A stretch of 61,891 nt of DNA, filler included. It is 3 parts of 3 records of this genome, joined end to end, with 100 filler letters (N's around TTAATTAATTAA, not from the genome) between each part and the next. Parts side by side here need not be neighbours in the genome. Positions count along the whole stretch, not along the records: positions 1 to 31,069 come from SRR31156797_2156; 2 more parts are not named here. One strand, written 5' to 3'. The translations under genes and the position numbers were made by a program. The stretch's first letter is position 1. Every line of letters begins with the position of its first letter. Below the pieces are notes generated by a model. That model made no database searches, was not told the origin of the DNA, and was given only the letters and a program-made list of their open reading frames with translations. Shown here one piece after another: positions 1-10,292 of the stretch.

Positions 1-70
1 ATGTCAGATCAAGTCGGAACTCTTACAATTTATGACAGGCATTGTTTGAAATGTTTTGGATGATTAAAAA

Positions 71-100
71 GAAACGGCGAAGCACAAGCTTCGCCGTTTC
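71..100. terminator. Rho-independent terminator hairpin, probably bidirectional
   Basis: GAAACGGCGAAGC-acaa-GCTTCGCCGTTTC perfect 13-bp stem, A-run on the left side (U-tract for the minus strand), just beyond the stop of the 120-278 gene. Confidence 0.75.
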
Positions 101-119
101 TGGCTTTCAGGTTTAATTT

Positions 120-278
120 TTATGCGGAAGGGCTTTGCGGTGGTAAGGCCTTTCCACATTTATCACATTTTATAGTTTTATCTTTGTCTTTAAGGTTGAC
201 TATGGTGACTTTGCCGCATTGCGAGCATTTACGTTTGCGTTTAAAGGCCGCCAGAAGGCTCGAATATATACCCCACAT
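120..278 (-). CDS. Small zinc-ribbon protein, 52 aa (MWGIYSSLLAAFKRKRKCSQCGKVTIVNLKDKDKTIKCDKCGKALPPQSPSA)
   Basis: Manually translated, not in ORF track; two CxxCGK knuckles, AGGA RBS before ATG, terminator downstream, same strand as the upstream gene. Confidence 0.7.
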   Translation of the reverse strand: MWGIYSSLLAAFKRKRKCSQCGKVTIVNLKDKDKTIKCDKCGKALPPQSPSA

Positions 279-317
279 GTTGATCCTGCATTGCTGCCGA
301 TTAAAGGGTCTCTCTGG

Positions 318-1466
318 TTAATGCCACTCACACTTCCAGCCTGCATAGCCGCTCTCTGCGAACATTTGGATTCTATATACGCCGGGGCTGACAGTGATAT
401 GTTCGGACATGCCTACAACCCTTTCTTCCACTACTTGCCCGTCTTTGGTCAAGATTTTTACGCGATATCTTTGCTGGCCCTTCTTATAGGGATCAGCAAA
501 GCGCAGGGTGGTGCCGGATACGGTACTCAGTTCCCATTCTCCTCTATGGTCAGAGGTTCCTGCGTTGAGGCTTCCGTGTGCCATGCGCCAGCTGGCAGCC
601 AGGTTTCCTCTTACTTTTCTGGCGAAGTTCATCTTGGGTCTCGGCTGCAGGGGAGTTTCCACCTGCTGTGTCGGACGGGAAATCCTTGTTCCCCAGACCC
701 GGTTACCTACCTGATTCTGCCCGTCAACCCTGCTGCCGTCTTTAGATATGGTCAGGAGGTCCACCCATTTGCCATTGCTCCAGACTACTTTGACCTTGCC
801 CTGTGCAGGGTCGACACATTCCCAGTAGTTGCCATTTCCAGGCATGCTTCCGTCAGCAAAAAATTCAGCTTGCGATCCGGTGAACCATTTCCATTTTCCT
901 ACCATTTTTTCACATGCATTGCCGGAGCCATAAGGAGTGCTGCTTCCTGAAGTGTGTGGTGAAGAGAAACGCAGGCTGTTGATACTTTGGTAGACAAGGT
1001 TTTGGTATTGGTGGGCAAGGTCTTCGGCAAAGACTCCGATCGCCACGGCAGCACCGCCGTTGGCATAGGTGAAGATAGCGTAAGCGTGTAGCCTGTTACC
1101 ATTGTATAATGAACTGTACTCCCGGAAAATAGCTGGGTGGTTATCCTGCATGATATTGCGGCTGGCAATTCTGTTTTGGAAATAGGCACCTCCGCGTTGG
1201 AGGATTCCTTGTTCCATGCCGTCGGCAATGGTTTGCAGTCCGGGATTATTGCCTGCTGCAGCGTATACTTCAATGAAAGCGTTGCGGTCCGGGGAGATGA
1301 CCTGTTTTTTCAGGTCTTCGGATAATCCTTGGGTGTTGTGAGTCCACCCGGTGGGTGTCTGTATCCAGAAGTCGTAGTCATCGTAAGCATTAGTGGGCTC
1401 GGCACAGCAAAGCAAAAAGGTCACTGCCAGCAGAATGAATAAAATGTGGCGTTTATGGATATGCAT
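318..1466 (-). CDS. Secreted hypothetical multi-domain protein
   Basis: ATG 1466 (MHIHKRHILFILLAVTFLLCCA signal peptide) preceded by GGAGGGG RBS; long ORF; function not recognised. Confidence 0.7.
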   Translation of the reverse strand: MHIHKRHILFILLAVTFLLCCAEPTNAYDDYDFWIQTPTGWTHNTQGLSEDLKKQVISPDRNAFIEVYAAAGNNPGLQTIADGMEQGILQRGGAYFQNRIASRNIMQDNHPAIFREYSSLYNGNRLHAYAIFTYANGGAAVAIGVFAEDLAHQYQNLVYQSINSLRFSSPHTSGSSTPYGSGNACEKMVGKWKWFTGSQAEFFADGSMPGNGNYWECVDPAQGKVKVVWSNGKWVDLLTISKDGSRVDGQNQVGNRVWGTRISRPTQQVETPLQPRPKMNFARKVRGNLAASWRMAHGSLNAGTSDHRGEWELSTVSGTTLRFADPYKKGQQRYRVKILTKDGQVVEERVVGMSEHITVSPGVYRIQMFAESGYAGWKCEWH

Positions 1467-1703
1467 ATTTCCCCTCCGGCAGAAAATGTTTTTAGACCTG
1501 ATCAGATCATAACATAGGAGCAAAAGTTTTTGAAAATTTATATGTGAATGGAGTGGGGCTTTTGGAAGGAGGGCGTTGGGCAATAAAAAAAAATTTAAAG
1601 TTAATATTTCTTAATATGATCCGGTCTCGTTGTTGCTGCATCCCCGGTCAGACAGAGGAACAGGCAAATATTGCCTCTTTAAAATATGATCAGGAGGATA
1701 ACT

Positions 1704-2294
1704 ATGAGCGTTTCCGGTATAGGCAGTTCATCAGTAAGCGGTCTGTTTTCAGATCAGATGAACCAGATGAAACGTCCTGAAGATTTTGATTCAACGGAAG
1801 ATTTTGTAGATTCCGTACTCAGCGATCAGGACAGTGATGATGACGGGCTGCTGAGTTCGTCCGAATCCAAGTTTAGGGAAGATCATTTTAACCAGATTGA
1901 TTCCGACGGTGACGGCTATCTTTCACAGGAAGAGCTTGTTGCCGATGTGGAAAATATGCAGCAGATGAAAGCTGCTATGGGAAATATGTCTGTCGTCATG
2001 GGAGGTGGGAGCAGTTCTTCGGAAAGCTCTTCCAGTGAAGAGGCCGAGGAAGAATATGATGAATACGATTACAATCAGGACGGCGTAGTAACTCTTGATG
2101 AATTACAGCAGGCTTTTGCCAGCGGGGATACTTCCCTTGAGGACATAGTCGGTCGCCGGGGTGATATGAATCAACAGCAGGCCGGTGAAGAAGGCCAGTC
2201 TGGACAGTCCGTTCTGCAACGCATGGCCATGCGAGCTTATTCTGAACAGACTGCAAATGCTTCTACAAGCAGTTTGCTCGGTTCCAGTGTATAA
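1704..2294 (+). CDS. EF-hand calcium-binding acidic protein
   Basis: EF-hand loops DSDDDGLLSSSE, DSDGDGYLSQEE, DYNQDGVVTLDE; AGGAGG RBS before ATG 1704. Confidence 0.8.
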   Translation: MSVSGIGSSSVSGLFSDQMNQMKRPEDFDSTEDFVDSVLSDQDSDDDGLLSSSESKFREDHFNQIDSDGDGYLSQEELVADVENMQQMKAAMGNMSVVMGGGSSSSESSSSEEAEEEYDEYDYNQDGVVTLDELQQAFASGDTSLEDIVGRRGDMNQQQAGEEGQSGQSVLQRMAMRAYSEQTANASTSSLLGSSV

Positions 2295-2380
2295 TTCAGC
2301 ATCATGCATAAGGCTGTGAACGGATTCACGGCCTGACGTATCAACTCAAAGTAAGGGAATATGTCGTGAACATGGATGTA

Positions 2381-2416
2381 GAAAAAGGCTTACCTTTCGT
2401 TGGGTAAGCCTTTTTC
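2381..2416. terminator. Bidirectional terminator between convergent genes
   Basis: GAAAAAGGCTTACC...GGTAAGCCTTTTTC inverted repeat. Confidence 0.75.
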
Positions 2417-2417
2417 A

Positions 2418-3572
2418 TTAAAGTGCGTTCTTTAAAATTTCCAGCAATTCAGTTTCAGTAAGTTCAATGGGGTTGCCTTTCATGCTGCTGGCCCGCGCGG
2501 CTTTGGCGGCGAGAGTTTTGAAATTTTTTTCCTGTACCCCAATTTCCCCCAGTCCGGGGATTTTCATTTCCACGCAGATGTTTTTGACCCATTCAATTCC
2601 GTCCGCAGCATGAGCTGCATTGTTTCCGGTCAGGAGTTGCGCGATCTCATCATAAGCTGCAAGGGCAGGGTGTTGTGGACCGCGTTTTTTCAGGGCGCGG
2701 ATATTTATCTCCATTACATAGGGTAGCAGGGCAGCGCAGACCGCTCCGTGCGGGGCCTTGAATTCTCCTCCCAACGGGGCGGCGAAACCGTGCACTGCGC
2801 CGAGCTTTGCATTGGCGAGGGTGATGCCGGAAAAGAGGCTGGCTAAAGCCATGCCTGTGCGGGCTTTAATGTCCTGACCGTCTTTGTATGCCTTCAGCAG
2901 GCTTTCGGACCCATGTTTTAAGCCCTCGCGACAGAGCGCATTAGTCATGGGTGAGGCGAATTTTGAAACAAAGGATTCCATGAGTTGGGTCAGAGCATCC
3001 AGCCCAGTTGCGGCAGTTACTGCCGGGGGAGCGGAAAGGGTCAGCAACGGGTCGACCACGGCAATGTCCGGGATCATGCCCGCAGAACGTAGGCTGACTT
3101 TGACCTTCTGGTCTGCGCAGAGCAGGACCGCGTTGGTAGTTACTTCTGAACCTGTACCCGAGGTGGTTGGTGCGGCAATGAGCGGCAGGGGCTTTTCGGT
3201 CAGGGCCATGCCTTTGCCGACCACTTCCAGATAATCGAGTACATCCCGTTTGTTGGGGATAAGTGCGGCAATGGCTTTGCCTGCATCCAGAACACTTCCT
3301 CCGCCTACTGCCACGACGATGTCGCTTTTTTTTTCGCGGGCTTGTGCAGCGTGTCCGGCAATCAGTTCCGTGTCCGGTTCTCCGGCAATGGAAACAATGT
3401 GCAGTGATAAGCCTTTTTCTTGTAATCCATCAATGAGCCATTGAATTCTTTGTGGGGATTTTCCGGTTACAAGGCAGACATTGTTGCCCATGGCTACTGC
3501 GTGTTCTGGAATGGAACGGGCACTTTCAGGGCCGAAGACGATTTTGGGTGCGGTGGAAAATTGAAAATTCAT
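2418..3572 (-). CDS. Iron-containing alcohol dehydrogenase
   Basis: GGGSVLDAGK, PTTSGTGSEVT, DALTQ, LGAVHG, HGAVC motifs. Confidence 0.9.
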   Translation of the reverse strand: MNFQFSTAPKIVFGPESARSIPEHAVAMGNNVCLVTGKSPQRIQWLIDGLQEKGLSLHIVSIAGEPDTELIAGHAAQAREKKSDIVVAVGGGSVLDAGKAIAALIPNKRDVLDYLEVVGKGMALTEKPLPLIAAPTTSGTGSEVTTNAVLLCADQKVKVSLRSAGMIPDIAVVDPLLTLSAPPAVTAATGLDALTQLMESFVSKFASPMTNALCREGLKHGSESLLKAYKDGQDIKARTGMALASLFSGITLANAKLGAVHGFAAPLGGEFKAPHGAVCAALLPYVMEINIRALKKRGPQHPALAAYDEIAQLLTGNNAAHAADGIEWVKNICVEMKIPGLGEIGVQEKNFKTLAAKAARASSMKGNPIELTETELLEILKNAL

Positions 3573-3814
3573 ACTTCATAATAACACTACCTACGATGGG
3601 CGGCAAATTGTTTTCATGTTTGAAAATTAAGGATTGAGTAATATGGACTTGCTTAGTGTTGTTTTCGTTAGTGAAAACTGTTGAAGTAAGGTTATAACGA
3701 TGTTAACCGACTTGTAACATTCACGAATTATTTTTGTTTATTGGAGTGTGTACGCTTTTTAATGTCGAGGAAAGTTTTGTGGCTGTAACATGAAATAACA
3801 TTCAGGAGTGAACA

Positions 3815-5071
3815 ATGAATTTTCGTAAACTTGCTAATTATGCGCTCATGGTCGGTATGGCCGGACTTATACTTGTTGGGTCCGGCTGTGCTGCTAAGAA
3901 TAGTGGGATTCAGGTCGGTCCCCGTCCTTACTATCTGGTAAATGATTTGGATGAAGGTAAGCTGAAGGCTGAGCTGAAAAAGAATCAGGATGTACCCTTG
4001 CAGCGTACAGATTTTTCTATCGCTCATCGCGGGGCCTGTATGCAGTTTCCCGAGCATACCAAAGAATCATACGAAGCTGCGGCCCGCATGGGAGCTGGTA
4101 TCTGTGAGTGTGACGTGACCTTTACCAAAGACCGTGAACTGGTTTGTCGTCACTCCCAGTGCGATCTTGCCACAACTACCAATATTCTTCTCATCCCCGA
4201 ACTTGCCGCCAAGTGTACCCAGCCTTTTCAGCCAGCCGAGTACGATGTAGACGGAAAGATGATCAAATCTGCTTCTGCGAAATGTTGCACCAGCGATATT
4301 ACCCTTGCCGAGTTCAAGCAACTGCAGGGTAAGATGGATACTTCCAATCCTAAAGCTAAAACAGTTGCAGGATTTCTTGATGCTACTCCCCGTTGGAGAA
4401 CCGATCGTTATTCCGGTACCGGAACTCTCATGACTCATGCTGAAAGTATAGAGCTTTTTAAAAAATTGGGCATGAAGATGACTCCTGAATTGAAAAGTCC
4501 CAGCGTAGCCATGCCTTTTCAGGGTGATTACACACAGCAGCAGTATGCGCAGCAGATGATTGATGAATATAAGACTGCCGGGGTTGATCCGAAAAACGTT
4601 TTCGCCCAGTCTTTCAATCTTGAGGATGTTAAATACTGGCTTAAGAATGATCCCGCTTTCGGTCAGCAGGCTGTATTTCTTGATGACCGTTATGATGACA
4701 AGAATTTCGATTACCAGAACCCCGCAACATGGTCTCCTTCCATGGAAGAATTGGTTGCCGATGGCGTAAAAATTATTGCTCCCCCGCTGTGGATGCTGGT
4801 TACAGCAGATAATGGCAAGATGGTTCCTTCTGTTTATGCCAAGAAAGCCAAGGCTGCAGGGTTGGATATAATTGCCTGGTCATTTGAGCGTTCCGGTCTG
4901 CTTAAGAATGGTGGTGGCTGGTATTATCAGTCTGTAAAGGACATCGTTACCAAGGATGCTGATACTCTGGTTTTACTGAATGTTCTTGCTGTAGATGTGG
5001 GCGTGATCGGTGTGTTCTCCGACTGGCCCGGCACGGTGACTTACTTTGCGAATAAAAAAGGTTTGAAGTAG
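3815..5071 (+). CDS. glpQ: Glycerophosphodiester phosphodiesterase, lipoprotein
   Basis: [21 protein letters not shown] and C-terminal GVFSDWP motifs; lipobox LVGSGC. Confidence 0.85.
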   Translation: MNFRKLANYALMVGMAGLILVGSGCAAKNSGIQVGPRPYYLVNDLDEGKLKAELKKNQDVPLQRTDFSIAHRGACMQFPEHTKESYEAAARMGAGICECDVTFTKDRELVCRHSQCDLATTTNILLIPELAAKCTQPFQPAEYDVDGKMIKSASAKCCTSDITLAEFKQLQGKMDTSNPKAKTVAGFLDATPRWRTDRYSGTGTLMTHAESIELFKKLGMKMTPELKSPSVAMPFQGDYTQQQYAQQMIDEYKTAGVDPKNVFAQSFNLEDVKYWLKNDPAFGQQAVFLDDRYDDKNFDYQNPATWSPSMEELVADGVKIIAPPLWMLVTADNGKMVPSVYAKKAKAAGLDIIAWSFERSGLLKNGGGWYYQSVKDIVTKDADTLVLLNVLAVDVGVIGVFSDWPGTVTYFANKKGLK

Positions 5072-5096
5072 TATTTGATACAGATATTGTGGTCTG

Positions 5097-5127
5097 AAAG
5101 GACGTCCTCCGGGGCGTCCTTTTTTTG
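5097..5127 (+). terminator. Rho-independent terminator
   Basis: AAAGGACGTCC-tcc-GGGGCGTCCTTT hairpin followed by a T-run. Confidence 0.75.
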
Positions 5128-5203
5128 TTAACTCATCCGAAATACTGATTGCTATGCAGCCTTCCTCTGGTACATTTTAATTATACAATCCGTGGAGGCT
5201 TTC

Positions 5204-5824
5204 ATGAAACCGATCAAAGTTACCATATTTTCAGACTATATCTGACCTTACTGCTACATCGGCAAAGGTATTGTCGAAAAATTGAAACAGGAATTCGCCC
5301 AAGAATTGGTCATTGAAGATGAATGGCTGCCCTATGAAATCCATCCTGATACCCCGGCGGAGGGTGTACGGCTGGATGAATATTTTCCGGGCATGAAGCC
5401 GGAACTGTTTTTTGAAGAGATAAACCAGCGCGGCAAGCGTTACGATGTTTTCTTCGGTCCACAGCAGATTATGAGTAATTCTCGGCTTTCACTCATGGGT
5501 GGGGAATTCGCTAAGGAACATGGACGTTACCACGAGTATCACGAAGCAGTGTTCAAAGCCTTTTTTACTGATTGTAAGAACATCGGTGATATGGGCGTTC
5601 TGCTGGAGGCGGCACGTGAATCAGATCTTGAAGAACTGCTTTTCAAGGAAGCATTGGAGCAGAGTGTTTATCTGGACAAACTAAAGGAAACGACTCAGCT
5701 GGCCCGTGATAAATGGGTTAATGCGGCACCTACTTTTGTTATTGAAGGGCATGGCAATGTGACCGGAGCTGCATCTATTGACAGTTTCCGGGAAATTTTT
5801 AGCAAGTTGATAGACCCGCAGTAA
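5204..5824 (+). CDS. DsbA/FrnE-family thiol-disulfide oxidoreductase, selenoprotein (UxxC; TGA 5243-5245 read as Sec)
   Basis: GGAGG RBS + ATG 5204 give MKPIKVTIFSDYI-U-PYCYIGK in frame with the 5282 ORF; family motif DxxCPxCxxG; cis-Pro loop VNAAPTF. Confidence 0.85.
5259..5277 (+). promoter_or_regulatory. Candidate bacterial SECIS hairpin
   Basis: TCGGCAA-AGGTA-TTGTCGA 7-bp stem, G-containing loop about 20 nt after the in-frame TGA. Confidence 0.65.
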
Positions 5825-6029
5825 TAGAAAATATTGATTCACGAAGAATTCACACCAGCCAAGGCAAGGTCTGTTCCTGATAGGGCGGATCTTGTTCTTT
5901 TTTGTTTAAGAAATATTAAAAATGTAAATTATGAAGGTTTCTAATTTACCTTTTACTAGCTTCTGTTTATGGAAGCGCTTCTTTGGCTGTTCTATGGTCA
6001 AATTAGATTTTGTGTTTTTGGAGTTAAAT

Positions 6030-6215
6030 ATGTCTTTTAAGCCTTTCCGCGCATTTTTTGCCATCTCCTGCCTGATCGGGCTGATGTTTTTGAATACCGG
6101 ATGCTCAGTAGTAGCCTATTCTGATTTCGAGCCTGAGAATCCTTACGAGGATCTGCCCAAGTCTTCCATTCCCGAGGTAATGGGATTCAACTCTCTTTTC
6201 AGCGAACATTGCTAG
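6030..6215 (+). CDS. Small putative lipoprotein
   Basis: GGAG RBS, ATG 6030, hydrophobic stretch ending LNTGC-S. Confidence 0.5.
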   Translation: MSFKPFRAFFAISCLIGLMFLNTGCSVVAYSDFEPENPYEDLPKSSIPEVMGFNSLFSEHC

Positions 6216-6356
6216 CCTTCGGTCCTGTTCTGTGTTCTGGGACTGACACAATGTTGTAATATAAACGGGGTCTTATCGTAATCTGTTTGTCAAAAATATC
6301 GCGCATATATTCCATGTCCGAGGGGAGGACTAATTAAGTATACAAGGAGTTGTACT

Positions 6357-7466
6357 ATGGAAAGACGCGAATTTTTGAAGATGGGTATTGTTGCCGGGGC
6401 CGCTGTTGCCGTTTCCGCCATGCCCGCCATGGCTGAGGCTTCCTACACTGAATTTACAATTAAAGAATGCATGAAATTGACTCCGCAACAGATGGCTGAG
6501 AATTCCGGCACGGTCATGGAGTCATGGAAGTATGTCCAGAGGCAGGCTGCGAGCATCAAGAATCCCAAGCTGCGCAAAGCAGTGCAGGATATCATTGCCA
6601 ATCCTGCTCCCAAGCTCATGAGTACTGTTTCCGGGCGCAAGAAGGATGTTTACCGGGAATTCGAAAAGAACGGCTGGCTCAAGGGTGTTTCTTATGATGC
6701 CTTCCTGCCTGAAAACGGTTCCCCCCGAAAAGCAAACCAGCCTTTCTACACTGCTCCCGGCAGTGGATACACCAGTCACCACAGCTATCCCGGCGGACTC
6801 GCCACTCACACAGCCCTTAACGTTGAGATGTCTCTGGCTCTCTACGACAACTACGATAAAATTTACGGCTTCAACCTTGACCGCGATGTGGTTGTTGCTG
6901 CCCAGATTCTGCACGACCTGCACAAGCCTTGGGTTTTCCAGTGGCAGAAAGACGGCTCCAGCCGCACTGAGAACAAGCTTGCCGGAACTGGTGAACATCA
7001 CGTTCTCGGTGTTGCTGAATCCATTGTGCGCGGGCTTCCTGCTGAAGTCTGTGTTGCACAGGCCTGTGCCCACAACCATCCCGGCTTTTCCAAAGACGAA
7101 GAAGGTCCGGTGCGCTGGCTCAAGGCCGCAGCCATTATCGCTGATGTTGATCCGGTCAAGTATGGCCTGCTTGCTGCCGACGGCAAGACCCTTCCCCTGC
7201 AGCGTAGCATGGAAGCTTTTGTCACCCATCTCGGCGACCACGACTGGGTGCTGACCGTACCTGCTGCCAAGTGGCTTATCCCGGCCATGGAAGAAATTGC
7301 CATGCAGGATTACGGTATGAACAAGGCTGATCTTAAGTCTGCGAAGTTCTATGCTTTCAGGAATACTGTGTTCAGTCAGGCCACTATCATGACTCTTTAT
7401 CATCTGATGCAGAAGGATGGTGAGGAAGCCTTGCGCAAGCAGGTCCACTCCATTGTGAAAGCTTAG
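6357..7466 (+). CDS. Tat-exported HD-domain metal-dependent hydrolase
   Basis: MERREFLK twin-arginine signal; SHHSYPGGLATH...LHDLHK HD motifs. Confidence 0.8.
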   Translation: MERREFLKMGIVAGAAVAVSAMPAMAEASYTEFTIKECMKLTPQQMAENSGTVMESWKYVQRQAASIKNPKLRKAVQDIIANPAPKLMSTVSGRKKDVYREFEKNGWLKGVSYDAFLPENGSPRKANQPFYTAPGSGYTSHHSYPGGLATHTALNVEMSLALYDNYDKIYGFNLDRDVVVAAQILHDLHKPWVFQWQKDGSSRTENKLAGTGEHHVLGVAESIVRGLPAEVCVAQACAHNHPGFSKDEEGPVRWLKAAAIIADVDPVKYGLLAADGKTLPLQRSMEAFVTHLGDHDWVLTVPAAKWLIPAMEEIAMQDYGMNKADLKSAKFYAFRNTVFSQATIMTLYHLMQKDGEEALRKQVHSIVKA

Positions 7467-7489
7467 CTTTTACAGACATAAACACCAAA

Positions 7490-7530
7490 CGAAAAAGGCG
7501 GTTGTCGATAATCGACAACCGCCTTTTTCG
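7490..7530. terminator. Bidirectional terminator
   Basis: CGAAAAAGGCGGTTGTCGA-taa-TCGACAACCGCCTTTTTCG perfect inverted repeat between convergent genes. Confidence 0.85.
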
Positions 7531-7547
7531 TGACAATGAAAATCGTC

Positions 7548-7859
7548 TTAACTTTCCATGTACTCGTGCAGGGCCTTGCAGAGTTGGTCCGCACAGGAAG
7601 TGGATTTTTTACCACAGGTGATACCTTCAAGAGTATCAATGATCTTGGGAAGTTCCATTCCTTCCACAAGGGCAGAGATAGCCTTGAGGTTGCCGTCGCA
7701 GCCACCGGTGAAGTTTACAAAGGTAAGTTTGTCACCTTCCACTTTAAAGCGGATCAGTTTAGCACAGACGCCTTTAGGGGTGAAAACATGGGTGTCCGTA
7801 GGTGCTTCTACTCCGCCTAGGGGAGAGAGCATGGTCGGTTGAAGTGAGATGTTTTCCAT
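7548..7859 (-). CDS. TSCPD-domain protein (TIGR03905-like, 4 Cys)
   Basis: PKGVC, FTGGCDGNL, GITCGKKSTSCADQL motifs. Confidence 0.85.
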   Translation of the reverse strand: MENISLQPTMLSPLGGVEAPTDTHVFTPKGVCAKLIRFKVEGDKLTFVNFTGGCDGNLKAISALVEGMELPKIIDTLEGITCGKKSTSCADQLCKALHEYMES

Positions 7860-8081
7860 TTCGTCCTCTGTATTTGATTAAAGTCATGTCCGCTGCGGGA
7901 TGCTGCGGGTAATAGTGAATTGATTGTGCTGAGAGTTTTTCATCATGAAAATGCAGGTCAGGTCAAGGGGCTTTTGTGCGAGCTTTGACGCCTGTGCTTT
8001 GACTTTTGCGACTTATTATGAAATTTTATAGTTTTGCTGTTTGGCAAAAAAAGAAAATTAATTTGAACATAATATATAAGG

Positions 8082-9440
8082 ATGGGTGGAATGCTGAAAA
8101 CAATTGCTGACAGCCCCTTAAAATCATTTTCCGCAGCTTTTCGTAATTATCCTGCACGGCTTCAAGTGGAGGTGACCACCCGTTGTAATATGAACTGTTC
8201 CATGTGTGTAAAATATGCGCCGGAAAGTGATATCTCCGAATCGGATTTTAGTCTTGATGATTTCAAAAAACTCGGACCGGCCTTGGAGCATTGCGAGAAA
8301 TTGGTCCTGAACGGTATTGGCGAACCCTTGTTGCATCCTGATCTTGCGGCAATGGCTTCCTTTGCCCGGGAACGCATGCCAAAGCGTGGTTCCATTGGTT
8401 TTCAGACCAACGGTTTGCTCTTTACTGAGCAGCGGGCCCGGGAGTTGGTTGAGGGTGGGGTGGACACCTTTTGTGTTTCTGTTGATTCGCTGGATTCATC
8501 TGATACAGCAGGGGAATTGCACGGGCAGTCCAGCACAAACCGCTTAGCGCGCACTTTTTCATTTTTGGATCGGGCTGGTCAGCAGAGTGGAAAAAAGGTC
8601 AGGCTGGGCGCAGAGTTTGTGCTTATGGCCGATACGTATAAGCAATTGCCCGATGTAATTAGTTGGGCCGCAGGGCAGGGGGTGGAATTCATCCTTTGTT
8701 CTCATGTGCTGGCCTACCATGCTTCTATGCAGGAACAGTCCCTGTTCAATCCCAATACTCCTGCAGCGGTTGAGATATTTGACAAGTGGAAGAACATTGC
8801 CCGTGAACGCGGTCAGGATTTGCAGAATTATTTTGATTTTGTCTGGACTCCGGGACGGAGCATGAAGCGGGAGCAACTTTTCGACCTGATCCGCGAAATG
8901 CGTGCTGAAGCTGAGAGCAGTGATGTCTGGATCAACTTGCGTAGCCTTGCTGATTGGGATCAACGCAGCCAGACAGAAGAGTACCGGAAGTTAAGGGAAA
9001 TCTATGTCCGCTCAGAAGAATTGGCCACTGAATTGGGAGTGGAGTTGCGTCTGCCTCCACTTATGGCCGAAAACGAACTGCGTTGTTCTTTTATGGAAGA
9101 CGGGGCTGCATTTATTACTTCAAAAGGTGAGGTCTCGCCTTGTCAGTTCCTCTGGCACAGTTGTACCTGTTATCTGGACGGTAGTGAAAAGCTGCTACGC
9201 CAGAAAAAATTCGGGAATGTTGCTGAGATTGATTTAGGTGAAATTTGGAAGTCTGCACCTTATGAGGGTTTTCGTGCCGAGGTCCTTGAATATGAATACC
9301 CGTATTGTTCCAACTGTCCCATGGTCCCCTGTGATGATATTATCGGGCGTAGTAATGATTTTGAGTACGATTGTCTGGGTGTGGAAGTGCCTTGCGGACA
9401 TTGCCCATGGGCTATGGGCGGATTGCAGTGTTTAATGTGA
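8082..9440 (+). CDS. Radical SAM/SPASM protein (deltaproteobacterial putative metalloenzyme maturase type)
   Basis: CNMNCSMC, GIGEPLLHP, TNG, Cys-rich C-terminus CSNCPMVPC...CGHCPW. Confidence 0.85.
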   Translation: MGGMLKTIADSPLKSFSAAFRNYPARLQVEVTTRCNMNCSMCVKYAPESDISESDFSLDDFKKLGPALEHCEKLVLNGIGEPLLHPDLAAMASFARERMPKRGSIGFQTNGLLFTEQRARELVEGGVDTFCVSVDSLDSSDTAGELHGQSSTNRLARTFSFLDRAGQQSGKKVRLGAEFVLMADTYKQLPDVISWAAGQGVEFILCSHVLAYHASMQEQSLFNPNTPAAVEIFDKWKNIARERGQDLQNYFDFVWTPGRSMKREQLFDLIREMRAEAESSDVWINLRSLADWDQRSQTEEYRKLREIYVRSEELATELGVELRLPPLMAENELRCSFMEDGAAFITSKGEVSPCQFLWHSCTCYLDGSEKLLRQKKFGNVAEIDLGEIWKSAPYEGFRAEVLEYEYPYCSNCPMVPCDDIIGRSNDFEYDCLGVEVPCGHCPWAMGGLQCLM

Positions 9441-9468
9441 TCCTTTTTTTGAAAATGAACATTTAAAT

Positions 9469-9499
9469 GAAAAAGGCGGCATTCAATGCCGCCTTTTTT
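9469..9499. terminator. Bidirectional terminator
   Basis: AAAAAGGCGGCAT-tca-ATGCCGCCTTTTT. Confidence 0.75.
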
Positions 9500-10292
9500 A
9501 TTCTTCGTCTTCGGGATCTCTTTCAGTTACAAAAAGATCCACTTCTTTGCTCTTCATGAGGTCGCAGAACACCTGAGGTGGACGCTTGTCAGTAAATATT
9601 GCGTCGATTTCACCGAGGTCGGCAATGCGGACCATGGCGTTGCGGTTGAATTTGGTGTGGTCGGTGACCAGAAATATATTGCGGGCATTGTTGATGATTT
9701 CACGGGCCACACGCACTTCGTGGTAATCGTAGTCGAGCAGGGTGCCGTCTTCATCTATGCCGGAAACTCCGATAATGCCGTAATCCACCTTGAACTGTTT
9801 GATGAATTCAACAGTGGCTTCCCCGGTAATTCCCTTATCGCGCTGGCGGACCATGCCTCCGGCCACGATGACTTCACAGTCGTTGTTACTCATAGTCTGG
9901 GCAACATTGAGGTTGTTGGTGATTATGCGCAGGGATTTGTGGTTGGAAAGAGCCTTGGCTACTTCCTCGGTGGTTGTTCCGATATTTATGAACATGGAAG
10001 CATGTTCGGGAATATGCTTGGCAACCATTTCCGCAATGAGCCGTTTTTCCTGATGCAGAATGTTTCTGCGTGCGCTGTAATCAACATTTTCAACACTGGA
10101 AGCCCTTCCTGCTCCGCCGTGAAAGCGTTGCAGAAGGTTGTTTTTACAGAGTTTGTTGATATCCCGTCTGATTGTCTGGGGAGTTACTTCAAAATGTTGT
10201 GCAAGGGACTCAATGGGAGTGAAGCCTCTTTCATTTACAATGTTAAAGATTTCCCGTTGTCTTTTGGATAATGATTCGAGGTTGAACTTCAT
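9498..10292 (-). CDS. glpR: DeoR-family glycerol-3-phosphate regulon repressor
   Basis: VTPQTIRRD HTH, GTTTE, ITNNL; divergent from glpD; start codon uncertain. Confidence 0.9.
   Translation of the reverse strand: MKFNLESLSKRQREIFNIVNERGFTPIESLAQHFEVTPQTIRRDINKLCKNNLLQRFHGGAGRASSVENVDYSARRNILHQEKRLIAEMVAKHIPEHASMFINIGTTTEEVAKALSNHKSLRIITNNLNVAQTMSNNDCEVIVAGGMVRQRDKGITGEATVEFIKQFKVDYGIIGVSGIDEDGTLLDYDYHEVRVAREIINNARNIFLVTDHTKFNRNAMVRIADLGEIDAIFTDKRPPQVFCDLMKSKEVDLFVTERDPEDEE

Noticed and set aside
7887-7913. Tiny ORF MSAAGCCG upstream of the radical SAM/SPASM gene as a RiPP substrate
   Set aside because: Eight codons, no RBS or leader; the enzyme has no RRE and resembles metalloenzyme-maturase types
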